Source: Cyanobacteriota bacterium (GTDB lineage: Bacteria; Cyanobacteriota; Cyanobacteriia; Cyanobacteriales; Nostocaceae). Taken from it: DNA of 17,324 nt. How positions within the stretch are numbered: the stretch's first letter is position 1; every line of letters begins with the position of its first letter. This document shows, in pieces, positions 8,092 through 16,394 of the stretch. The DNA lies in the NCBI GenBank assembly GCA_046045965.1, contig JBJOKS010000051.1, forward strand, positions 1 through 17,324, in the 5' to 3' direction. A model generated the notes under the pieces. That model saw nothing but the letters and a program-made list of their open reading frames with translations, did not search any database and was not told where the DNA came from. Both the position numbers and the translations under genes were made by a program.

Positions 8092-9264
8092 ATGATTTTG
8101 AATATCCCTCTAGCTTGGCTACAATTAGCCAAACAAAGAGTTCGCTTTTTTGTGGCTTTAGCCGGAATTGCTTTTGTTGCTGTTTTGATGTTTATGCAAA
8201 TAGGCTTTCAAGACGCTTTGTATGCTAGTTCTACACAATTACATAAAAATATCCAAGGAGACTTGTTTTTAATTAGCGCCCAATATAAATCTTTAACATC
8301 TAATCAAAGTTTTCCCCGCAGTCGTTTATACCAAACATTAGGTTTTGCAGATGTTGAAGCCGTTGATCCTTTATATGTGCAGTTTGCTAAGTTAAAAAAT
8401 CCCATTAATGGGGGCAAGTATCCTATATATATACTAGGATTTGACCCAGTTAAATCAATTTTTAAATTACCAGAATTAGAGAAAGATTTTAAGTTACTAC
8501 AAATACCTGATCAAGTATTTTTTGACGGTGCTTCTCGTCCAGAGTTCGGACCTATTGCTGAATTTTATCAGCAAAATAAACCTGTAAGTATGGAAATATT
8601 TAGTTATACGGGTTTAGTCGGTTACAGAGTAAAAGTTAGTGGCTTATTTAGTCTTGGTCCTTCCTTCGGAGTTGATGGAAATTTAATTGTTAGTTCTTCT
8701 ACCTTCATGCGAATATTTGCGGGACGTAATGCTGACGAAATAGATATAGGCTTAATTCACCTCAAACCAGGTGCTAATACTAAAAAAGTTTTAGCAAATT
8801 TATCAGCCAAGTTACCTAAAGATGTCATTATCATGACTCGCCAACAATTTATTGATTTTGAAAAAAGCTATTGGACTTTAAGAACACCAATTGGATTTGT
8901 ATTTAACCTCATGGTATTTATGGGTTTTGTGGTGGGGGTAATTGTTGTTTATCAAATTCTTTATAGTAATATATCCACTCATTTTGTAGAATTTGCCACT
9001 CTCAAAGCTATGGGTTTTAAAAATAAATATCTCTTGCGTGTCGTTTTTCAACAGGCTTTATTTTTAGCAGTATTGGGCTATATTCCCGGTTTTGCTATAT
9101 CCCTGGGACTTTATGATGTTGCCAAAAATGCAACTAAGTTACCAATTATTATGGATATAGAAAAAGCATCAATAGTGTTAATTTCCGCTATTTTGATGTG
9201 TTTAGTTTCTGGTTTTTTCTCTACAAATAAATTACGCAAGTTAGATCCAGCCGAAATTTTCTAG
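8092..9264 (+). CDS. devC: DevC-family ABC exporter permease (FtsX/MacB-like)
   Basis: IPLAWLQL...ALAGIAF N-terminus, VYQILYSNI..H..EFATLKAMG motif, KLRKLDPAEIF C-terminus. Confidence 0.92.
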   Translation: MILNIPLAWLQLAKQRVRFFVALAGIAFVAVLMFMQIGFQDALYASSTQLHKNIQGDLFLISAQYKSLTSNQSFPRSRLYQTLGFADVEAVDPLYVQFAKLKNPINGGKYPIYILGFDPVKSIFKLPELEKDFKLLQIPDQVFFDGASRPEFGPIAEFYQQNKPVSMEIFSYTGLVGYRVKVSGLFSLGPSFGVDGNLIVSSSTFMRIFAGRNADEIDIGLIHLKPGANTKKVLANLSAKLPKDVIIMTRQQFIDFEKSYWTLRTPIGFVFNLMVFMGFVVGVIVVYQILYSNISTHFVEFATLKAMGFKNKYLLRVVFQQALFLAVLGYIPGFAISLGLYDVAKNATKLPIIMDIEKASIVLISAILMCLVSGFFSTNKLRKLDPAEIF

Positions 9265-9276
9265 CACTATCCAATT

Positions 9277-9960
9277 ATGATGGAATCAAAAGCAATTTTA
9301 GAAATCTGTAATCTCAATCAATATTTTGTGACAACCAAATTAAAAGACCAGATATTATTTGACATTAATTTGACAATTAGTTCTGGTGAAATTATCATCA
9401 TGACTGGTCCTTCTGGTTCGGGAAAAACGACTTTGTTAACTTTAATTGGTGGTTTACGTTCTGTTCAAGAGGGAAGTTTAAAATTTATCGGACAGGAATT
9501 ATGTGGAGCAGAAAATGATAAATTAGTGCAAGTACGTCGCCAAATTGGTTATATTTTTCAAGCTCATAATTTACTAGACTTTTTAACAGCTAGACAGAAT
9601 GTACAAATGTCGTTGGAATTACAAGCAAATATTTCTGAATCGGAAGCTAAGATGCAATCAGAAGCGATGCTTCATGCTGTAAAATTAGGTCATCGCATTA
9701 ATTATTATCCATCTGATCTTTCAGGTGGACAAAAACAACGGGTTGCTATTGCTCGTGCTTTGGTTAGTCATCCTAAATTAGTCTTAGCTGATGAACCTAC
9801 AGCAGCTTTAGATAGTAAATCTGGTCGAGATGTTGTCAACTTGATGCAAGAATTAGCACGGGAACAAAATTGTGCTATTTTAATTGTTACTCATGATAAC
9901 CGCATTTTAGATATTGCTGACCGGATCATTCAAATGGAAGATGGTAGGTTAATTATGTAA
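9277..9960 (+). CDS. devA: DevA-family ABC exporter ATP-binding protein
   Basis: Walker A GPSGSGKT, IGYIFQAHNL, signature LSGGQKQR, Walker B/D-loop LVLADEPTAALD, H-loop VTHD; starts 12 bp after devC. Confidence 0.93.
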   Translation: MMESKAILEICNLNQYFVTTKLKDQILFDINLTISSGEIIIMTGPSGSGKTTLLTLIGGLRSVQEGSLKFIGQELCGAENDKLVQVRRQIGYIFQAHNLLDFLTARQNVQMSLELQANISESEAKMQSEAMLHAVKLGHRINYYPSDLSGGQKQRVAIARALVSHPKLVLADEPTAALDSKSGRDVVNLMQELAREQNCAILIVTHDNRILDIADRIIQMEDGRLIM

Positions 9961-10086
9961 GATTTCCGAAGTCAGGAGTCAGGAAAATATGGAAGTTTGA
10001 ATTATGTCTTATGGAGGAAATTATACCTACTTTAAGGATGAGGAAACGATGTTTTTATTAAAGTAGAGTGTAAAGTATAAGCACGC

Positions 10087-10120
10087 TATATCCCCGAATT
10101 TTTAGGAGGTTGGGGATATA
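10087..10120. repeat. Inverted repeat TATATCCCC-N16-GGGGATATA; dispersed-repeat-like hairpin or possible terminator after devA
   Basis: Arms at 10087-10095 and 10112-10120. Confidence 0.5.
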
Positions 10121-10151
10121 TATCATCTCTATTTAATTTTGAATTGATATT

Positions 10152-10379
10152 ATGGTGCAAGATTTGATTGTTTGTCTCCAAGAAGCAACTTTATACTTTA
10201 TTTTTAAAAAGTCTTGGCTTCCTAAACATCCTGATGAATGTTTTGTCAATCTTCCCTGCGGATGTCAGCATCCTGGAAAAGAAATTAAATGTGAAGACTG
10301 TCCATATTTAGAGGCTTGTTTGTCCAGTTATAAGCTGCATAAAGACCATATTAAAAAAAAGAAAAAAGTGGCTATTTAA
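10152..10379 (+). CDS. Small Cys-rich hypothetical protein (possible metal-binding)
   Basis: 75 aa with C..CGC..CEDCP..C and a Lys-rich tail; overlaps the convergent gene's stop by 4 nt. Confidence 0.45.
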   Translation: MVQDLIVCLQEATLYFIFKKSWLPKHPDECFVNLPCGCQHPGKEIKCEDCPYLEACLSSYKLHKDHIKKKKKVAI

Positions 10380-11149
10380 GATAATAAAATAGCAGAGTTT
10401 ACATCTAAAAATAAGCTGGCTTGTGGTTGTTTTCTCAAAATTGAAGCTGGACAATTTGTGGTAATAGTCCCGTTTAATATCTCTTTGACTATTTTAGCTT
10501 TACGTGTTTCTGGTGCTAGACAGATAATTTTTTTAGCAGTACAAATCATGGGTATAGTAACAGTAAAAGCGTATTGGGGAACGGTTTCTAAGTTGGGAAA
10601 ATATCCTGTTTTCACTTGTTGCTGGCGGTTGACTTGATCTAGTTTTACTAATTTGACACTAGCAGCATCTTCAAAATTTGCGACTGCGGGATCATTAAAG
10701 GCTAAATGTCCATTTTCTCCTACACCCAATAGACATAAATCAATGGGTTGAGCTTTTAATAGTTTAGTATAGCGATCGCACTCCGCAACTGGTTCCAAAG
10801 CATCCCCTTCTATATAGTGAAATTGCTGTGGAAATACCCGTTTTTCTACACGCTCTCGCAAATAACGCCGGAAACTTGCCGGATGTTCACTATTAATTCC
10901 TAAATATTCATCAAGGTGAAATAATGTTATCCTTGACCAATCTATCCCACCTAAACTAATTAAAGCATCAAGAAATTTAAGTTGGGAATTTCCTGTGGCT
11001 AATAACAAAGCAATTGTATCCTGTTTTTGCAGCAGGTGATCTAAATACTTCTGTGCAATTTCGGCAGCATTCTGCGCCATTTCCGCTTCAGAGTTGTAAA
11101 TCTTTACTAAGAGTTTATCGACATGAAAAGATGTTGTTGCAGATGACAT
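10376..11149 (-). CDS. nagB: Glucosamine-6-phosphate deaminase / isomerase family protein
   Basis: LATGNSQ, FHLDEY, LGVGENGHLAFNDP, PASILR motifs. Confidence 0.88.
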   Translation of the reverse strand: MSSATTSFHVDKLLVKIYNSEAEMAQNAAEIAQKYLDHLLQKQDTIALLLATGNSQLKFLDALISLGGIDWSRITLFHLDEYLGINSEHPASFRRYLRERVEKRVFPQQFHYIEGDALEPVAECDRYTKLLKAQPIDLCLLGVGENGHLAFNDPAVANFEDAASVKLVKLDQVNRQQQVKTGYFPNLETVPQYAFTVTIPMICTAKKIICLAPETRKAKIVKEILNGTITTNCPASILRKQPQASLFLDVNSAILLS

Positions 11150-11208
11150 TTGCTTGCAGAAAAGGTAGTTGGTAATTAGCCAAGGATAATTTTACTTATC
11201 TTTCCATC

Positions 11209-11511
11209 TTACTTATTAATAGGGGTTTTGCTTTGCCACATTTGTTCAAATTCTGCTTGAGAAATTTCAAATTCTTCTATAGTTTTATCATCTAATTTTT
11301 TATCGCATAGCATCCCATAATTATCGGCTACATGATTTTTATCATAAAATAAAACGTTGCCATTTTCATAAATTTCTATTTGTCTATGGGCATATAAATT
11401 ACCATCAAGTTCCATAAAGTAGGTGCTACAACCCCAAGAGTCATATTCACCTCCAAGAGGTACATCCCAAGACCATTTGTAGTATTTTTTGGTTTTTTGT
11501 AATGTAGACAT
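11209..11511 (-). CDS. Small acidic/aromatic hypothetical protein (DUF6881-like, immunity-protein-like)
   Basis: RBS AGGAG upstream of the ATG; pattern Y..ELD..Y..RQIEIYENG...EIS..EFE..W. Family assignment is from memory. Confidence 0.6.
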   Translation of the reverse strand: MSTLQKTKKYYKWSWDVPLGGEYDSWGCSTYFMELDGNLYAHRQIEIYENGNVLFYDKNHVADNYGMLCDKKLDDKTIEEFEISQAEFEQMWQSKTPINK

Positions 11512-11769
11512 ATTGCACTCCTATTAGATTTGTAATACCTTCAATGACGTAGCCATACTTGATTTTTGAGCCAGGGAACGGACAACAGACAGTAGGTGAT
11601 ATATTTTCTCACACAGAATTTAGCAGAACCATAGTAATTGAAATTTTATGAAGTACGAGGACACCCTCTACAATATCTATTTTACCAATTATTTATTGTA
11701 AAAATTGATGATAATCATAATATGATAGTTTAAATTAAGCAATATTTCTAATCAGATTATTCTGAGTAT

Positions 11770-12207
11770 TTAGTTAAGTCGGATTATTTCCCGTACTTCC
11801 ATTAAAATTTGACCTAGCATATTTTTACCACTACCATCAGATCCACAACCCCAATAGAAGTCTATAGGGGAATTTTCCACTATTTCTTCATCACCTGTAG
11901 ACAGGAGAACTTCCCTAATATCTAGGTGGGTGGAAAATTTACACAGCACTGCTTTTCGCATAATATCATCTTTCACTTGTTCCCAATCTGAACGGAGAGG
12001 ACGAGTTCTTTGTCTACCCATTTTTGCTGCATCCTTTGGAGTTTTAACAAGTCGGATCGCTTCTAAATGGTGTGTGCCAATAAATTTTTGTGCTTGAAAG
12101 TAATGTTCACTGGTAGACCAATACAAATCATCTAATACAAATCCGTGAGGTGAAAAGTTAGAAAAACAAGCGTATTGATCACGAGTATGATAAAAGTAGA
12201 TTGTCAT
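11770..12207 (-). CDS. NADAR (YbiA-like) family protein
   Basis: FSNFSPH, W.TSEHYFQAQKF, R.DWEQVKDDIM, KF, LLSTGD..IVENSP.D.YWG.G..GSGKN.LG..LM.VR motifs. Confidence 0.93.
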   Translation of the reverse strand: MTIYFYHTRDQYACFSNFSPHGFVLDDLYWSTSEHYFQAQKFIGTHHLEAIRLVKTPKDAAKMGRQRTRPLRSDWEQVKDDIMRKAVLCKFSTHLDIREVLLSTGDEEIVENSPIDFYWGCGSDGSGKNMLGQILMEVREIIRLN

Positions 12208-12281
12208 GTAATTTATCCCGTAAAAATCAAGTTTGTTTTGACATTAAGAATTTAACATATTGATTATTTATTTGTAGATGT

Positions 12282-12602
12282 TTAAATTTGCTTTTCGCTA
12301 CTAGCTAAGTCTCTTTGTTCATAGTGACGACAGTCTTGACAAGGTCCACTAGGATTAACAGCACAACGGACGTAACTAGACCGAGCATTAAATTTACAAC
12401 TAATATCACCTACCAAATAACCTACACCTTCTAAATAATAACGCTCGCTCTCAATAGGTCTAATTTGTGGTTGGATCTGGGAATAGTTGTAAGCTACTTG
12501 TCTGCTGCGTGCGTGTGTCCGCTGCTGGGTTTTGCGAATCACCCACAAAGACCACAAGGACGGTAAAAAACCAATGATTATCAACACTATTGTTTTTAAC
12601 AT
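12282..12602 (-). CDS. DUF6464-like cyanobacterial membrane-anchored Cys-motif protein
   Basis: GDISCKFNARS.Y.RCAVNP.GPC..C.HY motif and an N-terminal TM helix. ATG 12602 (MLKTIVL, preceded by AGAGGT) is preferred over 12671. Confidence 0.75.
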   Translation of the reverse strand: MLKTIVLIIIGFLPSLWSLWVIRKTQQRTHARSRQVAYNYSQIQPQIRPIESERYYLEGVGYLVGDISCKFNARSSYVRCAVNPSGPCQDCRHYEQRDLASSEKQI

Positions 12603-12706
12603 TTTTATATTTACCTCTTTTGTGCGTTGATTTTTATAAAATCTCACTCCTCTATATTTCTGACTGAACAATCATTCTCAATGCTAACTTTTAACTCCTT
12701 AGTCAA

Positions 12707-14062
12707 TTATGAATTATCTGTCAGTTGTTTGACATGAGCAGGGAAACTGGCATTTTTGAGAGATTGGACAGCGGAGAAAGAATCTTGCACCCAAAATTGC
12801 TTACCAAAACGCACGAGTTGACGAGAATTTCCTGCTTGGACAATTCCAATTACTGGGACTTTTGCTTTATCTTTATCTCCTGATTGTTCTTTCAAAATTG
12901 ATCGGAGACGATGTTGCACATCAATAGTACCGGCTTCCTGTGGATTTAATTCTACTACTACCATTTGAACTTTCTCAACTTGTTCGGCATCTTCAACAAT
13001 AAATTGATTTTGATCATCCCGTTTGTCTACTTTTCCCCAAATGATTAATCTAGCATCAATTTGTAATAGTGAACTAACTCGTTCATAATTTTTAGGAAAG
13101 ACAATTGCTTCTAATGCAGCTGTTAAATCTTCTATTTGTAAAATTGCCATTGGATCGCCTTTTTTGGTGACTACTTTTTTCACATTATTCAGCATCACAA
13201 CTGCACAAAGCATGGTATTATCTTTCTGTTCTCCTAACTGTGCCAGGTTAATTGGTGCGAGCAGAGAAGAAGATTGTTTAATGTTTTTTAGTGGGTGAGC
13301 CGACACATAAAAACCTAATAATTCTTTTTCCATTCGCAACTTTTCCTGTGGGGGAAAATCTAAAGTTGCTTCAGCTTTGGGAGCAGATTCAAAAGCATTT
13401 TTAGCTGATTGTTGATTATTACTGGCAAGTCCACCACCCATAAAATCAAATAGATTTCCCTGTCCACTGGCTCTATCTTTAGCACGGGATTGCGCCCAAT
13501 CATATACTAATTCTAAATCTCTAATTAATTGTTGGCGGTTGGATTCAATTTTATCAAAGGCTCCACACTGAATCAATGATTCTAAAGTCCGACGGTTAAC
13601 AGTACGTAAATCAATGCGATCGCAAAAATCGCCTAGAGATTTAAATTCTCCTCCCTCTGCTCTCGCTTCTAAAATTCCAGCGATCGCATTTTGTCCCACA
13701 TTCCGCACTGCCGAAAATCCAAATAAAATCTTATTATCTGCTGGCGTAAAATCCAACCCAGAACGATTAATATCCGGCGGATCAATTTCAATTCCCATCG
13801 TTGTGCAGTTGTTCAGATATTTCTGCACTTTATCTGTATCTCCACTGTTAGCAGTTAACAGCGCCGCCATATATTCTAATGGATAATTGGCTTTTAAATA
13901 TGCCGTTTGATAAGTAACATAACCGTAGGCGGTAGAATGGGATTTATTGAAACAATTAGAGGCAATTAAACCATTTTTAATGGCAAAATTATGATCCTGT
14001 GCAACGCCAATATCATAAACATTGGCTTCACCTACGTATTGACGAGAAATGATTTTAACCAT
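12707..14062 (-). CDS. dnaE: DNA polymerase III alpha subunit C-terminal part, fused to split intein C-fragment (dnaE-c)
   Basis: A 36-aa IntC followed by CFNKSHSTAY, YLKANYP.EYMAALL, PPDINRS, EKELLGFYVS.HPL and the OB fold. Confidence 0.97.
   Translation of the reverse strand: MVKIISRQYVGEANVYDIGVAQDHNFAIKNGLIASNCFNKSHSTAYGYVTYQTAYLKANYPLEYMAALLTANSGDTDKVQKYLNNCTTMGIEIDPPDINRSGLDFTPADNKILFGFSAVRNVGQNAIAGILEARAEGGEFKSLGDFCDRIDLRTVNRRTLESLIQCGAFDKIESNRQQLIRDLELVYDWAQSRAKDRASGQGNLFDFMGGGLASNNQQSAKNAFESAPKAEATLDFPPQEKLRMEKELLGFYVSAHPLKNIKQSSSLLAPINLAQLGEQKDNTMLCAVVMLNNVKKVVTKKGDPMAILQIEDLTAALEAIVFPKNYERVSSLLQIDARLIIWGKVDKRDDQNQFIVEDAEQVEKVQMVVVELNPQEAGTIDVQHRLRSILKEQSGDKDKAKVPVIGIVQAGNSRQLVRFGKQFWVQDSFSAVQSLKNASFPAHVKQLTDNS
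13955..14062 (-). other. DnaE split intein C-fragment (IntC, 36 aa)
   Basis: MVKIISRQYVGEANVYDIGVAQDHNFAIKNGLIASN|CFN: block F (VYDIGV..DHNF), terminal Asn, Cys+1 at 13952-13954. Confidence 0.97.
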
Positions 14063-14142
14063 ATTACTTAGCTTTTGAAAATTTGTTTATTTACTGATTT
14101 TAGATTAACAATTATGCTGTACAGCAGCTTTCATCCATCAGT

Positions 14143-14469
14143 CTAATTTACCAAATAAATCGAAACTAACCAAGCACTAATTCCTGAACCAATCCAGCCA
14201 AACAAAAACATCATAATAAACATCATGATACCCCTACCAACTCCCGCTCCCAATGACCCCGCCTCCGGTGGACCAGTTTTCAGATCATCCAACCAGATTA
14301 AATACCCATAGAAAGAAGCTCCAGCGATCGCCAACAGTATAAACCCAACCATCCCACCTACGGGAATCAAAAGCAGACTCCAAATAAACCCAAACCGATT
14401 AAAAGCACCCCATAGAATGAACAGAGTTGGACTAGCCAAAACCATCAAAGGTAATAAGAATTGAATCAT
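14143..14469 (-). CDS. Small hydrophobic membrane protein (~3 TM, Gly-rich), unknown function
   Basis: Hydrophobic segments separated by W.DD..TGPPE.G. ATG 14469 is preferred over the non-ATG start at 14505. Confidence 0.65.
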   Translation of the reverse strand: MIQFLLPLMVLASPTLFILWGAFNRFGFIWSLLLIPVGGMVGFILLAIAGASFYGYLIWLDDLKTGPPEAGSLGAGVGRGIMMFIMMFLFGWIGSGISAWLVSIYLVN

Positions 14470-14602
14470 GATGAAATTGGGGTTTTTCCTTAGCAGCCAG
14501 ACCAAACAAAGGCAAACTCATCTTTATGCGTTTTGCATTGAAGGATATGAGCAATATCACCAAACATATAGGGAAGGTTTTCGCAGGAAGCTAAGTGAAA
14601 TA

Positions 14603-16270
14603 CTAAGAGATGTTTACTGAGAAAATTTGCAGACTACCTTGAGTACAAATTAATCGCAGACTATCAATTTCCGCAGGTGGGATACGATGTCGGTAATGAG
14701 AGAGAAAGGTGTCATTCAAATAAACAGCCAATTGGGTTTCTTGTACCACGATCTTCACAGTAAACTTTTTACCAGAGGCCATCTCTTGAGGGAAGGGTAG
14801 TCTTTCCTCTTGTCCCCAATTTCCAACCTTAGTATTTTGAACGATTTGTCCTTCATGGGAACGGGGATTGAAATGATAGGCAAAATTTTCTCCTGCCATG
14901 AGGTTGAAAGAAAAGCAGGAACCAAGAGAAATAGCAACAATTTCTACCGTAGAACCTGGTCGGAATTTAACAATATTCCACCAAATTATATCTTCTGGTT
15001 TAACGGTTAAAAGCAGTCCTGGTGTTGTCGAGTAAGGTATTTTCTGAACAATGTCATTTCTTTGTATCGCTTCAGGACAGTAATCGACCTCAGCAAACCA
15101 GCCTTCCGTGTCCCCTCCAGCCCATCCTTCTACACCAAAAGTTTGACGGCATAGCTCTTTGAACTCTGGAGCAGCACTGATATCTTGATTTTTGTATCCT
15201 GCTGGATGGAAAATTCCGCCTATATATCTGCCTTTAAGGCGAATTTGCCCCACCACATAGATACCTCCACCCACCGAATACACAGCCTTGGCTGGATTTC
15301 GTGAGTAAAATGCCACATAGCCACCATCAACGCCAGTGTACTGATTCACAGTAGGTAAAATTAGCTCCTCAACTCCCTGCGCCCCATGAGAATCAATGCC
15401 AACCATATCCATATCATTAGTAAAAACGCGAAAATCTTCTGGTAGCCAGTAGGGAATTGAATCTGGTTGGGAAGATGATTTAGTCGTCTGTGATGGATGT
15501 TGTCCCGGCTGAGGTAATATTACATAGCCTTTTTTTAACTTCTCATTGATTTTCTTCACAGCAGCAGCTTGGACTTGGCGGGGAGTTTTGTAAGTTGTGT
15601 GGTCAGTTTTCCCAGCAGTACCAATGCGACCATAGCAGATTTTTAGAGTAAATCCTTCAACGGTGACTTCATAGAACTTGTGGGACTTGTCGTTGGAGAG
15701 TTCCATATAAACAGGTTCACCGATGGAATGGGGGGAATAGTAGGGGTCATTGCTGGTAATAGTGGAATAATAGTATTCTTCAGCTTCTTCTTGGGACCCA
15801 AACTCACGCACATCTTCAGATAAAAAATTCTCGCCAAAATCGGTAGAAATCAGCCTTACTTGCAGACCTTCTAGGGTAATATTTCCATAATTGGGCATTT
15901 TACCGGTGTCGATTTCAAACCGGGCATATACATCAGGTTGAGGTAGAGGATAGCAAGGAAAATAGCGATCGCCCGATTTATCAACTGCAACTAATATACC
16001 GCCACTCATGAACAAATTTCCATCCTCTAGTACACGCAATTCTTCAGTGTAGGAAGGAGTTGTCCAAGTCAGGAAAACAGATCGACAATCAGGTGAGATG
16101 GTGTAGTTACCCGAACGACTATGGTTGATTATTTGACAAGAACCATCAGGTGCAAATGAATAGGGGTATTTATCGCCTAATAGCCAAATTGAACGGATCA
16201 GTTTTTCACGAAGTTCTGATTGAGTGGAGGGATGAGAAGACATAGATAGTTGAGTATTTTTATACTCCAA
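14603..16270 (-). CDS. Multidomain protein: N-terminal beta-rich domain + degenerate WGR-like + WGR + unknown domain + C-terminal galectin domain
   Basis: WGR (~15524-15712): SHKFYEVTVEG...YGRIGTAGK...KINEKLKKGY. Galectin (~14606-15040): HFNPR, IVQN, WGQEER, YRHR. The start may be ATG 16243. Confidence 0.85.
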   Translation of the reverse strand: MEYKNTQLSMSSHPSTQSELREKLIRSIWLLGDKYPYSFAPDGSCQIINHSRSGNYTISPDCRSVFLTWTTPSYTEELRVLEDGNLFMSGGILVAVDKSGDRYFPCYPLPQPDVYARFEIDTGKMPNYGNITLEGLQVRLISTDFGENFLSEDVREFGSQEEAEEYYYSTITSNDPYYSPHSIGEPVYMELSNDKSHKFYEVTVEGFTLKICYGRIGTAGKTDHTTYKTPRQVQAAAVKKINEKLKKGYVILPQPGQHPSQTTKSSSQPDSIPYWLPEDFRVFTNDMDMVGIDSHGAQGVEELILPTVNQYTGVDGGYVAFYSRNPAKAVYSVGGGIYVVGQIRLKGRYIGGIFHPAGYKNQDISAAPEFKELCRQTFGVEGWAGGDTEGWFAEVDYCPEAIQRNDIVQKIPYSTTPGLLLTVKPEDIIWWNIVKFRPGSTVEIVAISLGSCFSFNLMAGENFAYHFNPRSHEGQIVQNTKVGNWGQEERLPFPQEMASGKKFTVKIVVQETQLAVYLNDTFLSHYRHRIPPAEIDSLRLICTQGSLQIFSVNIS

Positions 16271-16394
16271 ATATAGCTCAACTCAATTGTGGCAGGTGCA
16301 GGAGCTAAAAAGCTTAACCTTATTTATCAGCGATCGCTCTCCATAGAGTATGAGAAAATATTATAGGTAATAGGTTTAGATATTTTTAAACACC

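Noticed and set aside
5486..9981. Identical 14-mer GAAGTCAGGAGTCA at 5486 and 9968, bracketing the HTH-devBCA block
   Set aside because: It is built from a heptamer tandem unit (AGTCAGG-like) of the STRR type common in Nostocales intergenic DNA, so it is poor evidence for att sites; no integrase is present.
13614..13886. 90-aa + strand ORF
   Set aside because: Antisense shadow of dnaE-c.
12707..14062. dnaE appears N-terminally truncated (possible pseudogene)
   Set aside because: This is the normal cyanobacterial split gene, completed by protein trans-splicing.
14755..15837. ORFs 14755-14940(-), 14810-15010(+) and 15643-15837(-)
   Set aside because: Alternate-frame or antisense shadows inside the 555-aa gene; no recognisable motifs.
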